Assembly (NCBI GenBank): GCA_964478715.1
Contig: CAYZIY010000008.1
Span: 17,704 to 81,703 of the forward strand
Source of the DNA: an uncultured Planctomycetales bacterium
GTDB taxonomy: Bacteria > Omnitrophota > Gorgyraeia > Zapsychrales > JBDRMG01
Reading direction: 5' to 3'
DNA: 64,000 bases
How positions within the stretch are numbered: position 1 is the stretch's first letter; each line of letters starts with the position of its first letter. This document shows positions 9,138 through 16,524 of this stretch, one piece after another. The notes below the pieces were generated by a model that saw only the letters and a list, made by a program, of their open reading frames with translations, did no database searches and was not told the DNA's origin. A program made the position numbers and the translations under genes.

Positions 9138-10016
9138 ATGAAACAAAAATGGCCGGCTAAATTATTCTTATTTCTCTTAATATTGTTCGGCGTGAGTGTT
9201 ATTTTACTCCACAATCCGAGGACCCATATTCCCATCTATTATGCTGCCCAAGATCTTCGAATAGAAAATCTCTGCCAAGAGGATGTTCAGCCAAGCGCCT
9301 ACAGTCAAAGCCTGGAATCCGCCATCCTCGGAAACTGGGTCTATGTGCCGCAGATGTCTGATTCCTCACAACTGATTAGCTGGCATCATTTTCATTTTCA
9401 AGAAAATGGAAAGGTTCAGTTTTCGTTTAAGATAAAAGACACCAATGCAAAAATTCAACAAAAGGGCGAGTATCAATTCTGTCATCGGGGATCTGCCCGG
9501 CGATATCCGGGTCGAAGTCCTCACATTATGATTACGGTTAACAGTTTGATCGACAGAAAAAATAAGCTTCCGTTATTTGATGTTCGCATTGGTCTGGATT
9601 CCCGTTTTCCGGTATCGAAGGATATCCTGTCCTTTCAAGATAGTGATGGAAAACAACATTTTTTTATTCAAGAACAGAAAAACTCATTAAATAGCATCTT
9701 ACTTGAGACGATTCAAACCAATTTGGTTCCTGATAAGGGAAGCGTTTACCACATTGTCATGACTTTTCAGCTTCACGAAACGCATCAGCCGGGACCCAAA
9801 GAAGCGGATACGTTTATCGCCTGGAGGCTTGCTAATGAATTTGTCTTCAGGACATCTTTAAGGGACCGCTATATTCTGCCTTCTGAAAACGCCGGACCAT
9901 TAAAGAACGAGGGTGAATTCGAAGTTGTCTTTAAAGAGAAGAACCAAAGACGGCCTTTAACCGTGCGGGTAAATATTTTGAAAAATGAAGTGTCTATTGT
10001 TCAACACGGTTTTTGA
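9138..10016 (+). CDS. Hypothetical protein with N-terminal membrane anchor
   Basis: 292-aa ORF with hydrophobic N-terminus; no recognised domain. Confidence 0.6.
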   Translation: MKQKWPAKLFLFLLILFGVSVILLHNPRTHIPIYYAAQDLRIENLCQEDVQPSAYSQSLESAILGNWVYVPQMSDSSQLISWHHFHFQENGKVQFSFKIKDTNAKIQQKGEYQFCHRGSARRYPGRSPHIMITVNSLIDRKNKLPLFDVRIGLDSRFPVSKDILSFQDSDGKQHFFIQEQKNSLNSILLETIQTNLVPDKGSVYHIVMTFQLHETHQPGPKEADTFIAWRLANEFVFRTSLRDRYILPSENAGPLKNEGEFEVVFKEKNQRRPLTVRVNILKNEVSIVQHGF

Positions 10017-10119
10017 GCAGTTGTCCTTAAGCAGAGAGTTGATGCTCTAACTCAGTTTGACAAACGGAGGTTTTCGGCGTCGAACGCCGACCAGATGGGC
10101 CATTGAAAGGATTTTTTCT

Positions 10120-11031
10120 ATGGAAAATGTCCAAAACGCCATTAAGCTTTTGCACGACAAATTCGCCTCCTGGATGGAGACGGTCGTGGTGATGACGCCA
10201 AACTTTATTCTTTCGGTGATTGTTCTGATTCTGGCGCACTACCTGGCCCGAAAGGCCAAGGAGGTCGTGAAATCGCTCTTAAAGCATATTATCGATAATC
10301 AGGCGCTCATCAACTTTTTAGGCATGCTCTCCCATATCGGCGTATTTCTTCTAGGCGGACTTGTGGCCATCAAGATTCTTAACTTGGACCAGGTGATCTT
10401 TTCGGTTCTCGCCGGTGTGGGGATTGCCGGTTTGGCTGTGGGCTTTGCCTTTCAGGATGTGGCGGCCAACTTTATCGCGGGCATCGCGCTTGTGTTCAGA
10501 AAGGATTATCCGTTTCGCGTTGGCGATATCGTTGAGACCAATGATCACATGGGCGTGGTCGAAGAAATCAGCCTGAGGGATACCATGATCCGCACCTTTC
10601 AGGGGCAGTCGATTTTTATTCCCAATAAACTGATCTTTGAAAATGCGGTCAATAATTACAGTCTGTCAGGCCGCCGCCGGGTGGATTTAAGCGTCGGCAT
10701 TTCCTACGGGGATGACCTTCAAAAAGTCAAAAAGGTAGTGCACGAGATTATCACCGCAATGGATGCCCGCATCAAAGATGAAGAAGTCCATATTTACTTT
10801 GAGGAGTTCGGGGACAGCTCGATTAATTTTTAGGTTCTTTTTTGGATCCCCTTTCAAAAGCAGGCCGATTTTCTATCCGCGCGTGATGAGGCCGTTATGC
10901 GCATCAAGAAGGCCTTTGACGAAAACGATATCACGATTCCGTTCCCGATTCGCACGCTGGATTTCGGCATCAAGGGCGGAACGACGCTGTCTCAGATGAC
11001 GGGTTCCGGAAATACGTTTAAGAAAAAGTAA
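10120..11031 (+). pseudogene. MscS mechanosensitive channel interrupted by in-frame TAG at 10831-10833
   Basis: GLAVGFAFQD...NFIAG...PFRVGD; after SSINF-TAG the same frame continues VLFWIPF...IKKAFDENDITIPFPIRTLD to TAA at 11029-11031. Confidence 0.85.
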
Positions 11032-11062
11032 CAACCATTAACCTTTTGCAAAGGAGAAGGCG

Positions 11063-11950
11063 ATGCAAGTTGAACAGTATCTCGAAACCGTAGGACAGTG
11101 GGCGCTGACAAGCGGGGTACAGATTCTTTTTGTGCTTGTGCTTATGATTGTTGCGCTTAAGGCGGCTAATCTTGTGATTACCAAATTTCTGAAGCTTAAA
11201 AACGAAACCAATGATACAGAGCTGCAAAAGCGCGGCGACACTCTTCGCGGTATTGTCCGTTCGGTGTTAACGATTGTTATCTTTCTGATGGCCGGCATGA
11301 TGGTGTTGGAGAAACTCGGTATAGAAATCGGTCCCATTCTGGCGGCCGCTGGTGTGCTGGGCTTGGCGGTCGGCTTCGGCGCGCAAAAACTGGTTGAAGA
11401 TGTGATCAGCGGCTTTTTTATTCTATTGGAAGACCAGATCCGGGTCAATGACGTCGTTTCCATCAGCGGCACGGGCGGGCTGGTCGAGAAGGTGAACCTG
11501 CGCATGGTGGTTTTGCGCGATTTAGCCGGCAACGTGCATTACATCCGCAACGGCAATATCGGCATGGTGACCAATATGACCAAGGAATATTCCCGCTATG
11601 TTTTTGATATCGGCGTCGCCTACCGGGAAGATACCGACCAGGTCGTTGAGGTCATCAGGAAAATTGATGAAGAGCTGCGTCAGGACGAGAAGTTCAAGGA
11701 TTTGATTTTAGAGCCCATTGAAATCTTGGGGCTCGATCAATTTGCGGATTCCGCGGTCATTATCAAGGCGCGCACCAAGACCAAGCCGATTCATCAGTGG
11801 ACGGTAGGGCGCGAATTCAACCGGCGCTTAAAGAAAAAGTTTGATGAACTTAATATCGAAATCCCGTTTCCGCACATGACCGTTTACATGGGTGAGGATA
11901 AAAAAGGCCATGCCCCGGCGCTGAATGTGGCCGTTGATAAAAAGGAATAA
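11063..11950 (+). CDS. MscS family channel (YbiO/YkuT-like)
   Basis: AGVLGLAVGFGAQKLVED.ISGFFILLEDQ, IEIPFPH. Confidence 0.92.
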   Translation: MQVEQYLETVGQWALTSGVQILFVLVLMIVALKAANLVITKFLKLKNETNDTELQKRGDTLRGIVRSVLTIVIFLMAGMMVLEKLGIEIGPILAAAGVLGLAVGFGAQKLVEDVISGFFILLEDQIRVNDVVSISGTGGLVEKVNLRMVVLRDLAGNVHYIRNGNIGMVTNMTKEYSRYVFDIGVAYREDTDQVVEVIRKIDEELRQDEKFKDLILEPIEILGLDQFADSAVIIKARTKTKPIHQWTVGREFNRRLKKKFDELNIEIPFPHMTVYMGEDKKGHAPALNVAVDKKE

Positions 11951-11956
11951 TGAGCC

Positions 11957-12550
11957 ATGGATACGACAAAACGCGATATCGTGATGGTGATTATTCTTGT
12001 AGCTGTTCTTATGGGATTATTTGCCCTTGATTTATTTCAAGGCAGGGAACAAGACAGTGATGGTGGAATTCCGCACGAAGAAATGCTTAAAAAGACGCCC
12101 GAAGACGAAGTCCTAACAGAATTCAATCGATACGCGCATGACGGTGATGAAGAAGAAATCCTTAATCTCCTCAATGAGGATGGCAAAGAGTATTATTTCA
12201 AATCAAAAGAAATACGGGCCAGGTATCCGGAGAGCAATCCGCGAAACCATTTCATTTTACAGGGCTACAGCCTGGATGAAATGGATGAGGAGGGGTATTT
12301 TCACCATTCGCCCGGAGACAGCGGGTTTGTGCCCAATCCAGTACTCTATGATGATATTCCGCAAGAGATTCCTCGACGTTTTTATCGTTATGTCAAGGAT
12401 TGCGCAACGCATGTGACAACCCACAGACAAGTGCTTTATGCGGAAACCGGTTATGCTAATTTCATTGGCCGCAACCGTTATCAAGAGCAGTGCATTAAGG
12501 ACGGCTCATTTGATAATTATTATGTTGAGAGTCTAGAGAAGCTGGAATAA
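11957..12550 (+). CDS. Hypothetical protein with N-terminal TM segment
   Basis: 197-aa ORF, hydrophobic residues 8-27, acidic remainder. Confidence 0.6.
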   Translation: MDTTKRDIVMVIILVAVLMGLFALDLFQGREQDSDGGIPHEEMLKKTPEDEVLTEFNRYAHDGDEEEILNLLNEDGKEYYFKSKEIRARYPESNPRNHFILQGYSLDEMDEEGYFHHSPGDSGFVPNPVLYDDIPQEIPRRFYRYVKDCATHVTTHRQVLYAETGYANFIGRNRYQEQCIKDGSFDNYYVESLEKLE

Positions 12551-12623
12551 AAAAGCCTCTTTTTTAGTTTCACTTTTTCATAAATAGGCGCGTCAAATAA
12601 GGGGAGGAGATTGGGGACAATGA

Positions 12624-12785
12624 ATTGAAATTGATAACGGGAAGCAGATAGCACAAAGGTATGAAGTATCTAATGAGCGTAGTATTAGTGAATATTTAAG
12701 AAGATTAAAATCAAAGGCTTCGCGGGATAAGAAATTGCAAAGAAAAATAGAAGCATTCATGAAATGTTGTCAAGTTGAGACTTGA
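12624..12785 (+). pseudogene. Probable C-terminal HTH remnant of a REP-associated tyrosine transposase (RAYT)
   Basis: Start-less frame IEIDNGKQIAQRYEVSNERSISEYLRRLKSKASRDKKLQRKIEAFMKCCQVET* whose TGA lies inside GAGACTTGACCCC; resembles DnaA-C-like HTH tails ending Q..T*. Confidence 0.5.
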
Positions 12786-12795
12786 CCCCGTACAC
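12777..12795 (+). repeat. REP-like half site GAGACTTGACCCCGTACAC
   Basis: Identical to the right end of the element at 14622-14640. Confidence 0.85.
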
Positions 12796-12930
12796 TTGTG
12801 TGTCCCTTTTATCCTTTTATCTGCACCCCATACTTGTCCCCTAGGCGAAATAGGGGAAGTTAATTAACCCCGTTTCGTTCAATAGACGGAGCGGGGATTC
12901 TTTGTGATATTTTTATTGTGAAATATTAAA

Positions 12931-12958
12931 TTGACAATTTCAATTATCATGGTATAGT
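12931..12958 (+). promoter_or_regulatory. Sigma70-like promoter, probably giving a leaderless mRNA
   Basis: TTGACA(12931)-16 bp-TATAGT(12953) with extended TG; ATG 6 nt downstream, no SD. Confidence 0.6.
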
Positions 12959-12964
12959 TAAAAC

Positions 12965-14122
12965 ATGATAGACAGAGCTTATTATAAGAAATATATTAAA
13001 AAAGCGCTTGGCAGAAGCCGAGCGGTGGCATTGCTTGGTCCACGCCAATGCGGTAAGACTACGCTTGCTCGCCAAATAGTAGATATTCGTTCACCAAATT
13101 ATTTTGATCTTGAAGATCCATCAACGCTTATTGGTTTTGAGGATCCTAAAACAACTCTTGAGCAATTGAAGGGCGTTGTTGTAATTGATGAGGTGCAACG
13201 TCGTCCAGACGTGTTCCCTGTTTTTCGTGTTTTGTTGGATCGTGTGCCGCTACCAGCCAAGTTTTTAATTTTAGGAAGCGCATCCCCGGATTTATTAAAG
13301 CAGTCTTCCGAATCATTGGCCGGACGACTTGAGCTGATTGAAATGGAAGGCTTCGGGCTATCTGAAGTTGGCGAAAAGAAACAAATGCGGCTTTGGAACA
13401 GAGGGGGCTTTCCTTTGTCATTTCTGGCCAAGAATGATGAGGACAGTTTGGTATGGCGGGTTGACTTTATTCGAACTTTTCTTGAGCGGGATCTTCGCGA
13501 AGCGCAGGGGCTTGATGTGCCGGTGGTAACACTGCATAAATTTTGGATCATGCTGGCGCATAGTCATGGGAAGATTTGGAATGCTTCACCATTTGCGGCA
13601 TCACTTGGGTTGACTCATCCGACAGTGCGCAAATATTTGGATATTTTGACAGGTTTATTTATGGTTCGTCAGCTGCAGCCTTGGTATGCCAATATCAAAA
13701 AGCGTCAGGTTAAGTCTCCTAAAATTTATATTCGAGATACAGGGCTTTTGCATGCTTTGATTGGAATTAATACTGAACAGGAATTGCCTCGTCATCCGAT
13801 TTGTGGTTCATCGTGGGAGGGGTTTGTTATTGAGGAAATCATCCGTTCAGTTGAGCCGCATGATGTTTATTATTGGGCAACGCATCAGGGAGCGGAAATT
13901 GATTTAGTATTTTTTAAAGGTGGGAAAATGTATGGAGTTGAAGTTAAACGCGCTGACGCACCGACCATGACCAAGTCGATTGAAACAGCTCTTGAATGTT
14001 TGGATGTAGAGCGTATTGCGGTCATTTATCCTGGAACACGGCGTTATTCAATCCATAAACAAGTTGATGTCGTGCCGTTTGATGAAATTCAGAGCGGGAT
14101 GAAGGGGTTGTTTAAAGCATAA
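12965..14122 (+). CDS. AAA+ ATPase (AAA_14 + DUF4143) with C-terminal PD-(D/E)XK-like domain
   Basis: GPRQCGKTT, IDEVQ, LGSAS, ESLAGR, KSPKIYIRDTG, EIDLV...EVK. Confidence 0.88.
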   Translation: MIDRAYYKKYIKKALGRSRAVALLGPRQCGKTTLARQIVDIRSPNYFDLEDPSTLIGFEDPKTTLEQLKGVVVIDEVQRRPDVFPVFRVLLDRVPLPAKFLILGSASPDLLKQSSESLAGRLELIEMEGFGLSEVGEKKQMRLWNRGGFPLSFLAKNDEDSLVWRVDFIRTFLERDLREAQGLDVPVVTLHKFWIMLAHSHGKIWNASPFAASLGLTHPTVRKYLDILTGLFMVRQLQPWYANIKKRQVKSPKIYIRDTGLLHALIGINTEQELPRHPICGSSWEGFVIEEIIRSVEPHDVYYWATHQGAEIDLVFFKGGKMYGVEVKRADAPTMTKSIETALECLDVERIAVIYPGTRRYSIHKQVDVVPFDEIQSGMKGLFKA

Positions 14123-14217
14123 AATGTAGGGTCAAAATGTAGGGTCAAGTCTCTACTTGACTACATGTTAAAGGTGTAGTCATGTAGAGACCTGACCCCG
14201 TACATGACCCCGTACAC
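14121..14217. repeat. REPIN-like palindromic element, copy 1, with tandem end duplications
   Basis: Arms gggtcaagtctctacttgactaca / tgtagtcatgtagagacctgaccc (22/24 complementary), 9-nt loop; aaaatgtagggtc x2 on the left and tgaccccgtaca x2 on the right. Confidence 0.85.
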
Positions 14218-14236
14218 TTCTTTTATGGGCATCTTA

Positions 14237-14260
14237 GGGGTCAAGTCTCGACTTGACCCC
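14237..14260. repeat. Short REP-like hairpin GGGGTCAAGTC-TC-GACTTGACCCC
   Basis: Perfect 11-bp inverted repeat with the same core as the longer elements. Confidence 0.85.
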
Positions 14261-14491
14261 ATTAATTATACAGGCGAGAATTCTACGGCGTCTTTGCCTT
14301 CTAAAAAACTCCCACACGAACTGTGGCACAGAAATGCGCCGGTTCGCGTGGGAGTAACATATGGGGTCGGTTCATCAACGCCCTTGACTTCATTTATTTA
14401 ATTCCAGAGAAGTCAAGGACTGTACCTGTTTCTTCTATAATATCAAAATTCATGTTTATGGAAAATAGGTACGATTTTAGAACGAGTTTAA

Positions 14492-14569
14492 TTAACCTTG
14501 AGCCAGCTTATGGATAAATTCAGAAATAAAAGTTTGGTATTTCACTCCGTATCTTTTTGCTTTTTGCTT
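14492..14569 (-). pseudogene. C-terminal fragment of a CopG/BrnA-type antitoxin
   Basis: Minus-strand KQKAKRYGVKYQTFISEFIHKLAQG*; the 5' part is replaced by the repeat beginning at 14570. Confidence 0.65.
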
Positions 14570-14640
14570 AAATGTAGGGTCAAGTCTCTACTTGACTACA
14601 TATTAAAGGTGTAGTCATGTAGAGACTTGACCCCGTACAC
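14570..14640. repeat. REPIN-like palindromic element, copy 2
   Basis: Near-identical to copy 1 (2 differences over ~70 bp), without end duplications. Confidence 0.88.
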
Positions 14641-14779
14641 TCATTGTTTATATAGATTCATGTAAGTCCAAATTAAGATTTAAAAAAAACCTAACACATC
14701 CTATAATGGTGTGAGCGACAACTCATAACCATAACAAGGGAGAAGGCTTCAGGACACTCTGAAAGGGGCACCCTAATCC

Positions 14780-14831
14780 TTGACAACCCCCTAAATTTAC
14801 TTAAAATAAGTACGTACTCAGGTACGTACTT
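14780..14831 (+). promoter_or_regulatory. Promoter plus palindromic operator of the AbrB-like gene
   Basis: TTGACA(14780)...TAAAAT(14802), then perfect IR AAGTACGTAC-tcag-GTACGTACTT (14808-14831). Confidence 0.65.
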
Positions 14832-14837
14832 TCTATC

Positions 14838-15005
14838 ATGCCTACTAAAGAACACATTCGAAAACTGACTGTGACCGGTGCCAATAACACATATTATTTG
14901 ACCTTGCCCAAGGATGTTATCCGCGAACTCAAGTGGAAAAAGGGTGAGAAGAAGGTTATCCGCCTGGATGGCAAACAGATCATCATCGAAGACTGGCACA
15001 AATAG
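14838..15005 (+). CDS. Small AbrB/MazE/SpoVT-family DNA-binding protein (55 aa; not in the ORF track)
   Basis: MPTKEHIRKLTVTGANNTYYLTLPKDVIRELKWKKGEKKVIRLDGKQIIIEDWHK; TLPK..RELKW..G motif. Confidence 0.8.
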   Translation: MPTKEHIRKLTVTGANNTYYLTLPKDVIRELKWKKGEKKVIRLDGKQIIIEDWHK

Positions 15006-15065
15006 TCCCATTCTAGAGTAATTCCTCACCGCCGTTAATTATTTGCCACAGACAGAGAATCCTGC

Positions 15066-15135
15066 TTGCTAAAAAAGAGGAATCCTGCTAGAGTAAAGGA
15101 TGAAAAGATTAGTGCCCCCAGAGGCACTAATCTTT
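15066..15135 (+). promoter_or_regulatory. Promoter and 13-bp perfect palindrome upstream of the YhcG-N/SNase gene
   Basis: TTGCTA-17-TAGAGT; AAAGATTAGTGCC-cccaga-GGCACTAATCTTT (15104-15135); GAATCCTGCT direct repeat at 15057 and 15080. Confidence 0.6.
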
Positions 15136-15166
15136 CTAGTCTAAGGTCTTGTTAAAGGAGAACGGA

Positions 15167-16003
15167 ATGAAAAAGACGATCCCCTTAACCGAATCCGGTT
15201 ACATCAAACTTCTCAAGGACATTCGCGTCATCATCGAAGAAGGCAGGGAGCGCGCCGCGCAGGCCGCCGGCAAAGAGCTTGTGAAAACCTACTGGGCCAT
15301 CGGCAAGCGTATCTGCGAACAAGGGCTTTTGGAGCAAGCCGGCTACGGCGAATCCATTTTAGAGGATTTGTCCGATGAGCTCGATATTGATCTTACAACT
15401 TTAAAGCGTTGTATTTATTTTTTTCAGACTTATCCCAGCGATCCCGGAGGCACCAATCTCAACTGGTCCCATTACCGCGCGCTCATTACGCTTGCCGACA
15501 ATGAGGAGCGCTGTTTTTACGAATCACTTACCCAAAATGAAAAACTTACCGCCAAACAGCTCCACAAAGCCATCAAAGAAGACAAGTACGAAAAACACAA
15601 AAAATCCAAAGGCAAAAAAACATCAAACAAAACAAAAATCAAACGCCCCGATGAGCCGACCTACATCTACAAGGCCCTGGTGGACCGCGTGATTGACGGC
15701 GACACGCTGCTCCTTCGGTTTGATCTGGGCTTTCAGGTGTGGAAAGAGCAGCGCATCCGCCTGGCTGAAATTGACTGTCCGGCCATGGATGAGCCTAAAG
15801 GTAAAGAGGCCTTTCAATTTGTTCGCGACAAGCTTGCCCAGGCACCCTTTGTGATGGTCAAAACCAATAAAATCGATGTGTACGGCCGCTACATCGGTCA
15901 CGTCTTTTATTCCCTTAAGAATCTCAGCAAAGAGGATGTGTTCTTAAAAGGCATCTACCTGAATCAAGAACTTTTGGGCCGAGGTCTGGCCAGGATTTTG
16001 TAG
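15167..16003 (+). CDS. DUF1016/YhcG N-terminal domain fused to a staphylococcal-nuclease (thermonuclease) domain
   Basis: ELVKTYWAIGKRI...YG...LNWSHYRALI...FYE (YhcG-N); VIDGDT, IRLAEIDCP and DVYGRY (SNase); AAGGAG RBS. Confidence 0.85.
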   Translation: MKKTIPLTESGYIKLLKDIRVIIEEGRERAAQAAGKELVKTYWAIGKRICEQGLLEQAGYGESILEDLSDELDIDLTTLKRCIYFFQTYPSDPGGTNLNWSHYRALITLADNEERCFYESLTQNEKLTAKQLHKAIKEDKYEKHKKSKGKKTSNKTKIKRPDEPTYIYKALVDRVIDGDTLLLRFDLGFQVWKEQRIRLAEIDCPAMDEPKGKEAFQFVRDKLAQAPFVMVKTNKIDVYGRYIGHVFYSLKNLSKEDVFLKGIYLNQELLGRGLARIL

Positions 16004-16083
16004 AGAAGCCTGCGCGGTTGTGCACCAATTAACGCCGTCATGTCGGATAAAATTCCCCGAAGCTGGAAAGCGGTGAAATATCT

Positions 16084-16187
16084 ATTACCAAACAGATCTA
16101 AGAAAATTGATTATTTTGTTTGGCAATAATGCGCTTGACACAAGTTACCAAACAAGATACACTATTAATGACGGAATGTTTGGTAAT
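16084..16187 (+). promoter_or_regulatory. Twin inverted-repeat operators overlapping a sigma70 promoter
   Basis: TTACCAAACA-N22-TGTTTGG(C/T)AA twice, exactly 60 bp apart; TTGACA(16135)-17-TACACT(16158). Confidence 0.8.
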
Positions 16188-16203
16188 TCAAACGGAGGGT
16201 GCC

Positions 16204-16524
16204 ATGGGGCTTATCAAGGGTGTTCTTAGAGAAGAGCTTGAAAATTCGCTGAAACTAAAAAAGGTCTATGAAGAAGCCTTAAAGAAGTATCGGGGTGGAA
16301 GCCTTATTAAGAAGAACATCAGAGGACACTTGTATTACTATTTAGCTTATCGCGACGGATCGAAGGTCAAGTTTATTTATCAGGGAAAGAAGCCGTCAAA
16401 AGAATTCTTGGCAGAGTACAAAAAATCAAAGAAGCTACGAAAAAAATACAAAAAGTTAATAAAAGAACTAAATAGTCGTATTAAATACTTAAAAAAAGTG
16501 CTTAATGGGAAAGAAGACGTTTAA
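16204..16524 (+). CDS. Small basic protein, putative antitoxin/regulator partner of the downstream nucleotidyltransferase
   Basis: GGAGG RBS; GSL..K.I.G..YYYLAYR.G.KVKFIY.GK motif plus coiled-coil ends; overlaps the next gene start. Confidence 0.75.
   Translation: MGLIKGVLREELENSLKLKKVYEEALKKYRGGSLIKKNIRGHLYYYLAYRDGSKVKFIYQGKKPSKEFLAEYKKSKKLRKKYKKLIKELNSRIKYLKKVLNGKEDV

Noticed and set aside
10831-10833. Genome-wide stop-codon reassignment
   Set aside because: TAG, TGA and TAA all terminate conserved genes at their expected ends elsewhere in the window.
14121-14640. Repeats as a CRISPR array or integron attC sites
   Set aside because: There are few copies with irregular spacing, no uniform spacers and no cas genes. 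The ends do not fit RYYYAAC/GTTRRRY and there is no integron integrase.
14745-14775. Glycine-riboswitch-like words (ggagaagg...tcagg...ctctgaaag...cacc)
   Set aside because: Far too short to form the aptamer, and there is no relevant downstream gene.
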